Shown: positions 21,801-28,376 of the stretch, piece by piece
How positions within the stretch are numbered: position 1 is the first letter of the stretch
Layout: each line of letters begins with the position of its first letter
Origin: Desulfobacterales bacterium
Lineage (GTDB): Bacteria; Desulfobacterota; Desulfobacteria; Desulfobacterales; UBA2174
Direction: 5' to 3'
Length of the DNA: 64,000 nt
Assembly (NCBI GenBank): GCA_963668645.2
Contig: CAXXWC010000003.1
Span: forward strand, 96,001-160,000
Position numbers and translations under genes: made by a program
The notes under the pieces: model-generated
Databases searched by the model: none
Told to the model about the DNA's origin: nothing
Seen by the model: only the letters and a program-made list of their open reading frames with translations

Positions 21801-24800
21801 CGGAGAGCCGGCTCCAACTTCACCTCCTCCCACGACAAAAAGATCGATATCAGCGTCATTTAAAATCCGGATAAGCCCGAGATTGGAGTTTTCGATAACG
21901 GCACCGGTGCCGGTCAAGATATTGCCGGTGCCGGACCAGGTCAGGACGCCGTTGTTCACCAGTGTTCGGATATAGAGCGTCTTTGCCGCCTGGCCGTCTA
22001 TGTTCAGCCCGCCGTTGAATATCGCCTGCCCGTTGCCCCGTAAAACACCGCCGGTCCAGTCGGCACCGCCGGATACGGTAATGCTGCCCGATGTGGATGC
22101 GCTCCCCCCGCTCAGCTCCAGCGTGCCGACGTCCATCGCCTGGCTGGCACTCAAGGCTCCGCCGCTGACCTGCAGGTCGTTTACCGAACTGGGCGCGTTG
22201 ATTGTGACCGTACCCGAGGCCGCATCGATATTGAGGGTCCCGGCCTGGAAATAACCGCTGGTTACCGATGGCGAGTTGACCGTATCGACCAGACCGGCCC
22301 CGCTGACAGCGTAAAAGACACCGCTGCCGTTGTTAACGCCATAGGTGCCGGAAGCGGCGTTACCCAGGGTAACCCCTGTCCGGGCAATAAGTTGAATATC
22401 CTCGCTTTGAGAGGAAAAATCGATGAAGCTCGAAATTACAATCTCGTCGCCAAACACGATCAGTTGATCTGCGGACAGATCGGCGGACGTCAGGGGCGTG
22501 ATGAAGGATACGTTGCCCTCCATCGTGTTGTCGCCGATTTCCAGGTTGTCGGCGGTTACAAGTTGAAGTTCGGCGGGCGACAGCTTGAGGCCGCTGCTTT
22601 CCGTGTTCCCGATGTAGGTATTCACAGTCTGGTGCAAGGGCCGTATGATAACCGATCCCCCGTCCATGGTGCTTTGCACCGGATAACCGATATCGAGGCT
22701 GTCGGTGACGATCCGTATGCTTTGACTGGAGGTCACCGGACTGTCTGGAAACTCCACCGCTTCGCCCCAGAAATCCAGGGCGACCGATGCACTGATAGCC
22801 TCATTACCCCCGACTTCCAGATAAGAAGTGGTATTGCCGAAGGGGGTTGTGCCCAAAGTCAGGGTTCCGGCGCTGATCAGGTCCAATTCATCCTGGTTGA
22901 CATCCAGGGTTTCAAAGCCACCGACGCTCATGGAGGGCGGGTTCGGATAGGTACTCATCGGCCCGATCCACACCCTGTTGGTCCCGGCATCGATCGGTTG
23001 ATAGATGCCGATCTCGTCGGCGCGCAGGGATACCTCACCGCCCGCGATGATTCCCGAATAGTCCGTTCCGTCAAAGGCCTCGACGGTTCCCACCTGCAAT
23101 GGGTCTTCACCGGAGGTGGAGTCGAGATAGACATTGCCGTTGGTGTTGGATCCGGCCACGATGGGCCCGGAGTTGTTGGCGATCCATACATCACCGCTGG
23201 TGTTGTGAAACAGTATCGATCCACCGCGGGTTTGAAACGCCCCCCCGCCGTTTTTGCCGATACCGGTAGCGGCCTCGATTTCAAGCAGGCCGATGGTCCT
23301 GACATCGAAGCCGCCTTCTCCGCCGTCCGTATTGGGATTGCCCAGCACGCTGCCGTTTGTCGATTTGAGCAAAATCCTGCTCGAGTCTGAATTGGCATAG
23401 ATGTTCGTGGATGCAGTGCCGAGAATCAGATCTCCGCCGGCCACGATCTCGACATTGCCGGACGAAGTGGCAATCCGGCAAAGCCGGATGTCCGCCTCCC
23501 CGCCGGTGATGATGGTGATGTCGCCCGGTCCCTGGCTGTAAAGATTGAGGCCGGCCCCCGAGGTCGAGCCGGTCAGATCGATGCCTCCAGATCCGTCGCC
23601 CGGATTGTTGCGGGTCTGAAGGGTGAGGCTGTAGCCGCCCGCACCGCCAAGGTTATTCAACGGGTCGACAGTCAGTTCGTTTCCACCGAAGGTTCCGGAC
23701 ACGGTGATGCTGTCGGTGGCCTCAAGAATGATATCGGCCTCATCGGCCGTCCCTTCGATTTCACTTTCGTAAATGACGAACGGCACCGCGCTGTTGCCAA
23801 CGTCTTCATACAAAACTTGACCGAGGGTCCCCCCATCACCGCCGATCTGCCCCACATCGCCGTTGGCATCGGAGCCGTCCGTCTCGCCACCGTTGTTGCC
23901 CACGATTTCAATACGCGCCGGATCATAGAGCAAGGTGCCGCCCCGGCCTTGAGGTGCGGCCAGACTGACCTGATGTCCGCCGGTATCAAGGTCGAGCTTC
24001 CCGGAAATCTCGGCGAACCCGCCGTCGCCGCCCAGGGGACCGCCCCGGGCGCTGAGGCTGCCGTAAAAGCCGGTCTTTTCATCGGACCAGACGATGATCC
24101 GGCCCCCGTCGCCCGCCTGGGTGGCATCGGCCGCAATCGTCGCTTCGTGCCCCACATAGGTGCGCCGGGCATTTTTGACAGCAGAGTTGTTTCCCTGGAA
24201 ATCGCCGCCGATCAAAACCGTTCCACCACCCTGCGCGCCCGAAGCATCCACCCGGGCCGCATCAATCACGCCAACCCGATCACCCAGCAAGGTGATGTCA
24301 CCGCCTCTTTCTTCGATCCCAACGGCCGAAATCAGCCCTGAATTCAAGGTGGTGCCCTGATCGCTCTCGATGTGGATGCTGCCTCCGGAAGAACCGTCGG
24401 CGATGATCCGGCCAGCGGCGCCCAGGGTGATGTCCTGGGCTGCATGGAGCACCACAGCGCCGGTTTGGTCCAGGCTGGCGCCCCCGGCCCGGATCTCTCC
24501 ATCGTTTCGCAGGGTCCCTGCGAAAATGCCCGCGGCTCCGTTTTCGGCCAAAATCCGGCCCAGGTTGACCACCGCATCATCCGGGGCCTGGATTTCGAAG
24601 TGCAATCCCTGGACGTCCATGCTGGTGATGATGATGGATCTTCCGGCGGCCAGCAGCAGATTGCCCCCTTCGGTGTACAGGGTTCCGCTGTTGACGATGT
24701 TGGGCGCGATGAGCAGGATATCGCCGTTTTTGCCGGCGGTGACAAATCCCTGATTGACGATCTCTCCGGCGGCATCGCCGCCGGTGAATTCCAGCCGGCC

Positions 24801-25208
24801 CCGAAGGAAATTCTCGTCACTGATGTTGAGGGTTGAGGCCGTGAATCCGGCCGTATCGATGACCGCGTCGGGGCCGAAAACCATTCCGTTGGGATTGATC
24901 AGAAAGACATGCCCGTTGGAATGGAGTTGGCCCATAATGGCCGAAGGGTCTGCGCCCACCACCCGGTTGAGCACCGCGCTGGCGGCCGAGGGCTGGAGAA
25001 AGCGCGTGATTTCATTGACCGGAATGGAGAACTGGCCCCAGTTGATGATGGCGTTGGCGCTGTTGGTGATCTGGAGGGTTTGGGGATCGGGGTGGGCAAA
25101 GGCGGCTTGGCCGCTGACCACCTGGGGAGCGGTCGGATTGGCATGGGGGGATCCGGGGCATACCAGGATCAGTGCTGCCAGCAGAATCGGTACGGCCCTT
25201 CTGGTCAT
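9855..25208 (-). CDS. Giant filamentous-haemagglutinin-like TpsA adhesin (5117 aa)
   Basis: Signal peptide ending PHA|NPT; TPS secretion domain (AIINWGQFSI, VLNRVVG, FLINPNG); Gly/Thr/Ser/Asn-rich beta-helix repeats; six GTIxPGxS.G.L.I.GD...(Y/F)D(Q/H)...G modules and W-x-G...NW...VP motifs. Confidence 0.95.
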   Translation of the reverse strand: MTRRAVPILLAALILVCPGSPHANPTAPQVVSGQAAFAHPDPQTLQITNSANAIINWGQFSIPVNEITRFLQPSAASAVLNRVVGADPSAIMGQLHSNGHVFLINPNGMVFGPDAVIDTAGFTASTLNISDENFLRGRLEFTGGDAAGEIVNQGFVTAGKNGDILLIAPNIVNSGTLYTEGGNLLLAAGRSIIITSMDVQGLHFEIQAPDDAVVNLGRILAENGAAGIFAGTLRNDGEIRAGGASLDQTGAVVLHAAQDITLGAAGRIIADGSSGGSIHIESDQGTTLNSGLISAVGIEERGGDITLLGDRVGVIDAARVDASGAQGGGTVLIGGDFQGNNSAVKNARRTYVGHEATIAADATQAGDGGRIIVWSDEKTGFYGSLSARGGPLGGDGGFAEISGKLDLDTGGHQVSLAAPQGRGGTLLYDPARIEIVGNNGGETDGSDANGDVGQIGGDGGTLGQVLYEDVGNSAVPFVIYESEIEGTADEADIILEATDSITVSGTFGGNELTVDPLNNLGGAGGYSLTLQTRNNPGDGSGGIDLTGSTSGAGLNLYSQGPGDITIITGGEADIRLCRIATSSGNVEIVAGGDLILGTASTNIYANSDSSRILLKSTNGSVLGNPNTDGGEGGFDVRTIGLLEIEAATGIGKNGGGAFQTRGGSILFHNTSGDVWIANNSGPIVAGSNTNGNVYLDSTSGEDPLQVGTVEAFDGTDYSGIIAGGEVSLRADEIGIYQPIDAGTNRVWIGPMSTYPNPPSMSVGGFETLDVNQDELDLISAGTLTLGTTPFGNTTSYLEVGGNEAISASVALDFWGEAVEFPDSPVTSSQSIRIVTDSLDIGYPVQSTMDGGSVIIRPLHQTVNTYIGNTESSGLKLSPAELQLVTADNLEIGDNTMEGNVSFITPLTSADLSADQLIVFGDEIVISSFIDFSSQSEDIQLIARTGVTLGNAASGTYGVNNGSGVFYAVSGAGLVDTVNSPSVTSGYFQAGTLNIDAASGTVTINAPSSVNDLQVSGGALSASQAMDVGTLELSGGSASTSGSITVSGGADWTGGVLRGNGQAIFNGGLNIDGQAAKTLYIRTLVNNGVLTWSGTGNILTGTGAVIENSNLGLIRILNDADIDLFVVGGGEVGAGSPPTINNAGTLIKSTSAGTSTIEAIFNNSGTVSVEAGTLSFEQGTYIQSSGITQLAGGDLAGELTIDGGLLTGSGTISGNVTVSAGTIAPGASPGLLVIDGDLSLSGESALDIEIQSTAGYDQVQVTGALSGKSGQGAYDDFGTLNIITLPGYSAVEGDTFTIITAGSGGDSGVFSTIAQEASFDFLPVYDSTSIILNLAGIYNTWIHGTDGSWAVPGYWSFGTVPGDGDKVRIIDQTSTVSLTGGTYAIESLSVAGGNALSVTGGSLTLSDASTIDSLSLSGGTLVVPAGVGIGAGELAYTGGSLQLVGTATVDRLFSWNPVNASSISGAGTGVLNLAGTTLFSGAGIKTFNGVAVHNTSDAIYSAGTLVVDGGAVLDNTGLLEIQADLDINAGGGGGGSLVNSGTVQKSGGTGDASLVLPLTNTGLVAVDSGSLTIGDGSSSSGEYAIGSGARLELSGAAVHTITGAEGVVTGAGTLSILAGTTLALENDGSLSVAVSNSGTLTKTGSGGASTFNGAVSNSGSVIAGSGRMVFDGGYSQSAGIAELAGGDFSGVLVLDGGMLTGSGTVFGDVVNNAGTIAPGASTGILKIDGDLSLTGDSTLEIEIGGLSAGIDYDQVQVTGTLSGAGGDFGTLNIIDLAGYSPAEGDGFTLITAGSGGDTGTFATILQPESYGFAAVYDPAAVALSLADLYNIWILGGDGFWGVGGNWSLGRVPDRGENALIKDGTSTVTLDQGSYEIGQISLYAGNGLVIEGGGLSIGDDSQLEGALRFSGGQLTGAGGLTVLGAAQWEAGTHDGSGVTTFAGGLTLDTGADKVLGGTRQVVNAAEADWLAGDIVLGDASRFDNQGTLTATAGGYQINGAGGFANSGTLNVALAGAAETLGIGTGIFDHRGLVDVQSGVLELSATGGTYSGDFDASGALLRFVAGNYDLSSTVSLTGDAVRFDGAAVAFESGATYEVTGATRVSAGAVSFAPGALINNLGSELEISGGSLELSSGTGLSVEGYTQSGGILGGTDGLTVTGAGLWQGGVQGGSGVTTFAGGLTLDTAADKVLGGTRQVVNTAVADWLAGDIVVAEASRFENQGTLTATAGGYEINGAGVFANSGTLNVVLAGAADTLGIGTGIFDHSGLVDVQSGVLELRAAGGTYSGDFDASGALLRFVAGDYDLSSTVSLTGDAVRFDGAAVAFESGATYEVTGATRVSAGAASFAPGALINNLGSELEISGGSLELGSGAALSVEGYTQNGGTLNGTDGLTVTGAGLWQGGVQGGSGVTTFAGGLTLDTAADKVLSGTRQVVNTAVADWSAGDIVVAEASRFENQGTLTASAGGYEINGAGGFANSGTLNVDLAGAADTLGIGTSTFENSGLVDLGTGILETASAFSNAGTLAVAQGAVFSATGSGLVNSADGLIRGTGTIRTPATGLVNQGVISPGDEGPGILVIDGDLELSNAGTLEIEIKGLSAGIDYDQVQVTGTLSGAGGDFGTLNIIDLAGYSPAEGDGFTLITAGSGGDTGTFATILQPESYGFAAVYDPAAVALSLADLYNIWILGGDGFWGVGGNWSLGRVPDRGENALIKDGTSTVTLDQGSYEIGQISLYAGNGLVIEGGGLSIGDDSQLEGALRFSGGQLTGAGGLTVLGAAQWEAGTHDGSGVTTFAGGLTLDTGADKVLGGTRQVVNTAEADWLAGDMVVAEASRFENQGTLTATAGGYEIGGTGVFTNSGTLNVVLAGAADTLGIGTGTFDHSGLVDVQSGVLELSAAGGAYSGDFDASGALLRFVGGDYDLSSTVSLTGDAVRFDGAAVAFESGATYEVTGATRVSAGAASFAPGALINNLGSELEISGGSLELGSGTALSVEGYTQSGGTLNGTDGLTVTGAGLWQGGVQGGSGVTTFAGGLTLDTAADKVLGGTRQVVNTAVADWLAGDMVVADASRFENQGTLTASAGGYQINGAGVFANSGTLNVVLAGAADTLGIGTGTFDHSGLVDVQSGVLELRATGGTYSGDFDASGALLRFVAGDYDLSSTVSLTGDAVRFDGAAVAFESGATYEVTGATRVSAGAVCFAPGALINNLGNELEISGGSLELSNGTGLSVEGYTQSGGILGGTDGLTVTGAGLWQGGVQGGSGVTTFAGGLTLDTAADKVLSGTRQVVNTAVADWSAGDIVVAEASRFENQGTLTASAGGYEINGAGGFANSGTLNVDLAGAADTLGIGTSTFENSGLVDLGTGILETASAFSNAGTLAVAQGAVFSATGSGLVNSADGLIRGTGTIRTPATGLVNQGVISPGDEGPGILVIDGDLELSNAGTLEIEIKGLSAGIDYDQVQVTGTLSGAGGDFGTLNIIDLAGYSPAEGDGFTLITAGSGGDTGAFATANYSNSFDFEIAYAPQAVSLSLIHLYNVWTGAAGSDFWGVAENWRMETVPDNGTNVRIVDGSSTVNLSGGSYEIGILSVAGGNALSISGGSLTISDSSMIDSLSVTGGSLVANADSQIGALNLSSGDIGGLGVLTAGRETTWSGGTLGSGGGRLVVAGGLSILDSGQKALRDYTLENAATVTLSADQIDFHDGATIYNVGVFDIRSDALFTQVSGDLGAFFNAADGTVQKTAGPGAANFDLPFDNSGDLRVAAGTLSLNGGGIQTGGFTAGAGTVLVIGGGVHQFDAGARFDGEGTYRFSGGMASVNDSINVADAEVIGGTLKVPGTLSIGHLSCTGGLLEVGGTVSVGGAFDWNPGDSQSLLTGLGTGVLNLAGTTTLAGTGGKYLDGITVNNTGVLTYLSGGLQIGQSATAKLNNAGMFDIQGDLSVIGGAGGNFANAAGGTVQKTAGSGTADFDLPFDNKGDLRVAVGTLALNGWGMNQTGGFTAEAGTVLVIGGGVHHFDAGARFDGQGTYRFSGGTASVNDSISVADLEVIGGTLKVPGTLSIGDLSYTGGLLEVGGTISVAGAFDWNPGESQSLLAGLGTGVLNLAGTTTLAGTGGKYLDGIAVNNTGVLTCLSGGLQIGQDAAAQLINSGTFDLQGDLSVTGGAGGNFTNTAGGTVQKTAGSGTADFDLPFDNGGDVRVAAGTLALNGGGIQMGGFTAETGTAMVFGGGVHQFEAGTRFDGQGTYRFSGGTASINSGISVADLELTGGSLTLPGTISVGDLRITGGRFEVGGTATVGGLFEWNADSDSTLDGLGTGVLNLETTTVLAGTGTKYLDGITVNNTGIVTYTGGELQIGSGSAAEFNNAGLFDLQGDLSITGGTGGNFTNAAGATVQKTLGTGTAGFDLPFANNGDVRSDVGTLAFSRGYTQSGGVTRLAGGDIAGNLTIDGGRLTGSGTICGNVAMGAGTIVAGSSTGILVIEGDLGLTGDSVLDIEIGGLAPGTGYDQVQVTGILSGEGGDFGTLNLIDLDGYNAAEGDAFTLIAAGSGGDSGAFSTVNYSDSFDFATGYGSQAVSISLVHFYNVWTGAGEGDFWNVAENWRMGTVPDGGTNVRIVDGTSTVTLSSGSYEIGILSVAAGNALSVAGGSLTILDVSTADSLSLAGGTLAVANGVSIGIGDLAYSGGALQLDGTAAVDRTFTWNPEGASAVTGGGSGILNLAGTSSFSGTSTLTLDGITLNNTGDLVFSSGSFVVGGVAGALFNNPGQMEVRGDLDILDGGGGRLVNAGTLQKNAGAADSLVSLPLSNSGAVRIDTGSLTLAGGSNSSGQYVIAPGGLLQLTGAAPHSITAAGGGSGAVSGGGDLGISADAALLLESDVPVSVAVINAGTLTKTGGSGASLFSAAVTQQRQRVVSASGTMAFSAGYTQTGGLTQLAGGDFSGDFTLLGGLLSGEGILSGNLENLGGTVSPGASPGILAVGGDYIQGTDAVLSMEIGGFVPGNGFDHLAVSGAATLDGTLDLTQYGGFISNVGDRFEVMTYNGGLSGDFATITADGGFAYNGLAGVSGYVVVNTLSPIFTALTNGYLISEILNLEQQKQRSLAAANSPFDAAERSDQDIQDEDTFRKTRLICR
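12020..14030. repeat. About three diverged tandem ~651-654 bp (217-218 aa) repeats inside tpsA
   Basis: Anchor CGTCAAAACGGG at 12521, 13172 and 13826 (offsets 651 and 654). The protein unit ...RFDGxGTYRFSGG...GLGTGVLNL...KYLDGI...TVQKT is repeated. Confidence 0.85.
14703..20000. repeat. Near-identical 2550-bp tandem duplication (~2.1 copies) with nested 708-bp repeats inside tpsA
   Basis: CGTCGCAAAAG.CCCCGTATCCCCACCGGATCC recurs at ~14703, 17253 and 19803. Shadow ORFs recur at 2550 (14980/17530, 17244/19794) and 708 (15849/16557, 18399/19107) offsets. Confidence 0.93.
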
Positions 25209-25261
25209 CGCACAAACCTCCCGCGTTTCGATCGGATCGGCGGAATCGTGGCAACCCGGGC

Positions 25262-25288
25262 AAAAAAAACGAACCGCGAAGGTTTCGT
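25262..25288 (-). terminator. Intrinsic terminator in the tpsA 5' leader
   Basis: Minus strand ACGAAACC-TTCGC-GGTTCGT followed by a T-run (8 T in total), ~55 nt upstream of the tpsA ATG. Confidence 0.7.
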
Positions 25289-25491
25289 CTTACCCCGTCA
25301 TGCGATTATCGGGAATAAGGCTGGAGTAAAAGACATGAAGCATCACCCGGCAATCCCATGCCACTCACCCGCCGACCGCATTTGGGTCATGCAGTCAAAG
25401 TTGCTGAAACTGTTTTTCTGCACAAGATAAGGAAGACCCTGCCGCCTGGGCAGGGAGGTATCTGAAAGGCGGAGTCCTTAGGTTTACAAAA

Positions 25492-25520
25492 ATTTTCCCA
25501 TTGAAGAAAAATCTTGTCAA
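25492..25520 (-). promoter_or_regulatory. Sigma-70-type promoter of the tps operon
   Basis: Minus strand TTGACA-17 nt-GAAAAT, preceded by TG (extended -10-like), in an AT-rich context. Confidence 0.6.
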
Positions 25521-25660
25521 GTGATTTGTTGGAAGGTCATTGCCTGTTCCAGGCAAGATTCCCGCAGGTGGTGTTCCCTATCGTCGGGCTATGATCGAGA
25601 CTTTCCCAGGATCACCGCAACTGCCTCCGGCCGACTAGCAGCCAGTCCCCGTCGCGATAG

Positions 25661-26002
25661 TCACATCACACCCTTCTGCTCGAGAAAAGCCATGACTTGG
25701 GCGGTCTTGGAAGAGGCCATGGAGCCGCCCAGGCCCACCGCCACGGCCAGAGTCTCCAGGACCTCCTGGCGACTGGCGCCGAGTTCCAGGGCCGCCTCCA
25801 CCTGAAATAACATGCATCCGGTGCATCCGTTGGTCACGGCCACGGCCACGGCCATAAGCCGCTTGTGGCGCGCGGAAAGGCCCCCGTCACGGTAGATTTC
25901 CTCGTTCAGGGCGTTGTAGTGCCGGTTCATTTCGGGAAGCTGGTCGCGAAATTTGCGTGCCAGACGGGTAATTTCTTCCAGGCAATAGGCCTGATTCTGC
26001 AT
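25661..26002 (-). CDS. Carboxymuconolactone decarboxylase / AhpD-like protein
   Basis: GGLSARHKRLMAVAVAVTNGCTGC...ALELGASRQEVLE with a CxxC motif. RBS AAAGGAG before ATG 26002. Confidence 0.88.
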   Translation of the reverse strand: MQNQAYCLEEITRLARKFRDQLPEMNRHYNALNEEIYRDGGLSARHKRLMAVAVAVTNGCTGCMLFQVEAALELGASRQEVLETLAVAVGLGGSMASSKTAQVMAFLEQKGVM

Positions 26003-26019
26003 AGTGTCTCCTTTACCGT

Positions 26020-27090
26020 TTACACCAGTGCGATGGCCTGTTCCGGGCAGATCTCCTGGCAGCAGAAACAGGCGATGCAAAGGTCCCGTGCCACCTGGGG
26101 CAGGTCGTCATCGAGGCTCAGGGCGCCCACCGGACAATGATCCACGCAGGTGCCGCAGCCCGTGCAGCGGTCCGCATCGGCCTTGGGCCGCACCTGGGTG
26201 CGACTGGCAAGCAGATCCTGCATGCCGGTGTTGCCGGCGATGGCTTCGCCGCCCAGGGGGGGCAGCTTGAAATCGGCAATCAGCGGCATAGTGCCGATCA
26301 CCTCGATGTCGCTCTGCCGGTAGCTGCCGAGCCCCTCGGCGGCGGCGCGTTCGAGAAAGGGCAGCAGGGACGGGTCGAGTCCCATCATGCGGGCCATCAC
26401 GGCGTCCATGGCCACGGCGTTGTCCGCTGCCAACAGACAGCCGATGGTTCTCAAGTCGGTGGATGCCGGGCCGTTGCCCTCCATACCGACCACCGCATCC
26501 ATGATGAAAAAGTCGGGCACCCGCAGCTTGAACACATCCAAAATGGTGTCGTGGAACGGCCGCGGCGCCCCGGCGGCCCGGTGGAGCATCGCCTTCTGGG
26601 CCCCGGGCAGGATCCCGTAGCTATTCTTGACCGCCCCGGTGATCACCGTCAAGCCGTGGGTCTTGAACTTGGGCAGGGAGATGACCGTTTCGGCCTCCAT
26701 CACGGCCCGCGAGACCCTCACCGAGCCATCGAAGCCCGAAGTTTTCAACGGGACCTGGATCGTTTCGGTTCCGATATTGCGGTAGTAGCCGCAGGCCGCC
26801 TCTTCCAGACCGGTGGCGGCGAATGCCGACTCGTTGGCCCCGTAACTGAAAAGTCCGGGGTTGTCTCCCACCATGATCTCGGCCGGATCACGGCGCTCGA
26901 CCTCGCGCACCACTGCCCGGAGCACCGCCGGGTGGGTGACCACGCCTGCGTCGGGGGCGGACGAGCGCAGCAGGTTGGGCTTGATCAGAACACGCCGGCC
27001 GGAAATGGCCGGATTGAATCGTTCGAAGGCGGCGGCCACCGCTTCGTGGCAGCTTTCGTAACTGGCCGGATGAATCAGGACCGGATGCAT
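26020..27090 (-). CDS. DUF362 domain protein with C-terminal 2x[4Fe-4S] ferredoxin
   Basis: VLIKPNLL, VTHPAVL, SLPKFKTH, GAVKNSYG and GMEGNGP motifs; CTGCGTCVDHCP and CIACFCCQEICP. RBS GGAGGA. Confidence 0.9.
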   Translation of the reverse strand: MHPVLIHPASYESCHEAVAAAFERFNPAISGRRVLIKPNLLRSSAPDAGVVTHPAVLRAVVREVERRDPAEIMVGDNPGLFSYGANESAFAATGLEEAACGYYRNIGTETIQVPLKTSGFDGSVRVSRAVMEAETVISLPKFKTHGLTVITGAVKNSYGILPGAQKAMLHRAAGAPRPFHDTILDVFKLRVPDFFIMDAVVGMEGNGPASTDLRTIGCLLAADNAVAMDAVMARMMGLDPSLLPFLERAAAEGLGSYRQSDIEVIGTMPLIADFKLPPLGGEAIAGNTGMQDLLASRTQVRPKADADRCTGCGTCVDHCPVGALSLDDDLPQVARDLCIACFCCQEICPEQAIALV

Positions 27091-27322
27091 ATTGTATTTT
27101 CCTCCGTCTTGTGGGGCCCTGGTCCTCGGGTGCCGGGACCGGGCGGTCAAATCCAATTTTCTGCCAACGGCAGCGCCGGCCGGTTGGCCGATTTACACCG
27201 TTGCATGACAGGATAGCGCCGTAGCGCATTCGGGGTCAAGATCGGTTGCGGTGCGCTTCGAATCTGGATAAGATCCTGCCATATCCCTCATCACGCCACT
27301 GCCAGTGACAACGGAGGATGCC

Positions 27323-27865
27323 ATGCGCGTAAATCTGGATGCCATAAAGGATAATGGGCTGAAAACCGAGTTTGAACTCGATCCGGCCCAAGACGAGGGA
27401 TTGAGAGCGGTGCAACAAAGCGGGGAGGTCCAATTCCTGGGGCCGATCCTGTCGCGCCTGGAACTGCGCCCGATAGCCGATACCATCGAAGTCCGCGGCC
27501 GTCTGAGCGCGCGGTTGCGGCTGACCTGCGCCCGCTGTCTGGCCAAATTCGAACAGGATCTGGACCGCGAACTGCACTGTACCTATGCCCCGCGCCCCCC
27601 GGAAAGACGCGATCCCAAGGCCGGGGATCTGGAGCTGAGCGCCGACGACGTGGGCCTGATCTTCTTCGATGGGCGCACCATCGACACGGCCGAGGCGGTG
27701 CGCGAAGAGGTCCTTTCCGCCATCCCCCTGCGTGCCCTGTGCCGCGAGGACTGCCGCGGGCTATGCCCGCACTGCGGCACGGATCTCAACACCGGCAATT
27801 GCACCTGCGCCCAAAAGGCGGCCGACCCGCGCCTTTCGGTCTTGACGCAGCTGACCGGGAAGTGA
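27323..27865 (+). CDS. yceD: DUF177 / YceD family protein
   Basis: LTCARCL and LCREDCRGLCPHCGTDLN...C.C...DPR motifs. RBS GGAGG. Confidence 0.88.
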   Translation: MRVNLDAIKDNGLKTEFELDPAQDEGLRAVQQSGEVQFLGPILSRLELRPIADTIEVRGRLSARLRLTCARCLAKFEQDLDRELHCTYAPRPPERRDPKAGDLELSADDVGLIFFDGRTIDTAEAVREEVLSAIPLRALCREDCRGLCPHCGTDLNTGNCTCAQKAADPRLSVLTQLTGK

Positions 27866-27968
27866 TGTCAAACGCGGGCATCGCGCCGGCCGCTCTTCAT
27901 GCCACGTTGGCCCGAGGCCTGTTGTCCGGCTGCGGCAATTGATACAGCGCGCAGCGCAAAACGAGCGG

Positions 27969-28376
27969 TCAGATGTGGCCGATAAACTCGCTTAGCAACT
28001 CGCTGAACTGTTTTAATTGCTCTGCAGAAAAGCCGGCGGTGCACTCCTTGACCAAATCAAGGTGGAAGGCTGAGTGCTGGGCGTAGTGCTCGAATCCTGC
28101 ATCGGTGAGGCGAATCACATAGGAACGCCGGTCCTCGGGATTGTGCACCCGCGCCACCAGCCCTTTTTTTTCCAGGTTGTCGACCATCACGGTGAGGGTC
28201 CCGGTGGTCACCCCCATCTTGGCCGCCAGGTCTTTCATCTTGATCAGGTTGTTGCCCCCCAGGATTTCGATGGTATGCATCTGCGGAAGGGTCAGGCCGC
28301 TTCCGGCGACAACCGACTGCTCCCAAGACGAGAGTTTCTCATAAAATTCGATGATCAGATCGGACAGGGCTTTCAT
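27969..28376 (-). CDS. MarR family transcriptional regulator
   Basis: LTLPQMH...MKDLAAKMGVTTGTLTVMVDNLEKKGLVAR...DRRS..IRLT. ATGA overlap with the upstream ATPase. Confidence 0.92.
   Translation of the reverse strand: MKALSDLIIEFYEKLSSWEQSVVAGSGLTLPQMHTIEILGGNNLIKMKDLAAKMGVTTGTLTVMVDNLEKKGLVARVHNPEDRRSYVIRLTDAGFEHYAQHSAFHLDLVKECTAGFSAEQLKQFSELLSEFIGHI

Noticed and set aside
25350..25363. Sigma-54-like TGGCATGGGATTGC on the minus strand upstream of tpsA
   Set aside because: GG-to-GC spacing is 9 nt, not 10. It would only be valid if a base is missing from the sequence.
25370..25460. ZTP or c-di-GMP (GEMM) riboswitch suggested by GCCGCCTGGGCA and GGGATTGCCG
   Set aside because: The 5' aptamer halves are missing, and the ZTP-like string is on the strand with no downstream gene.
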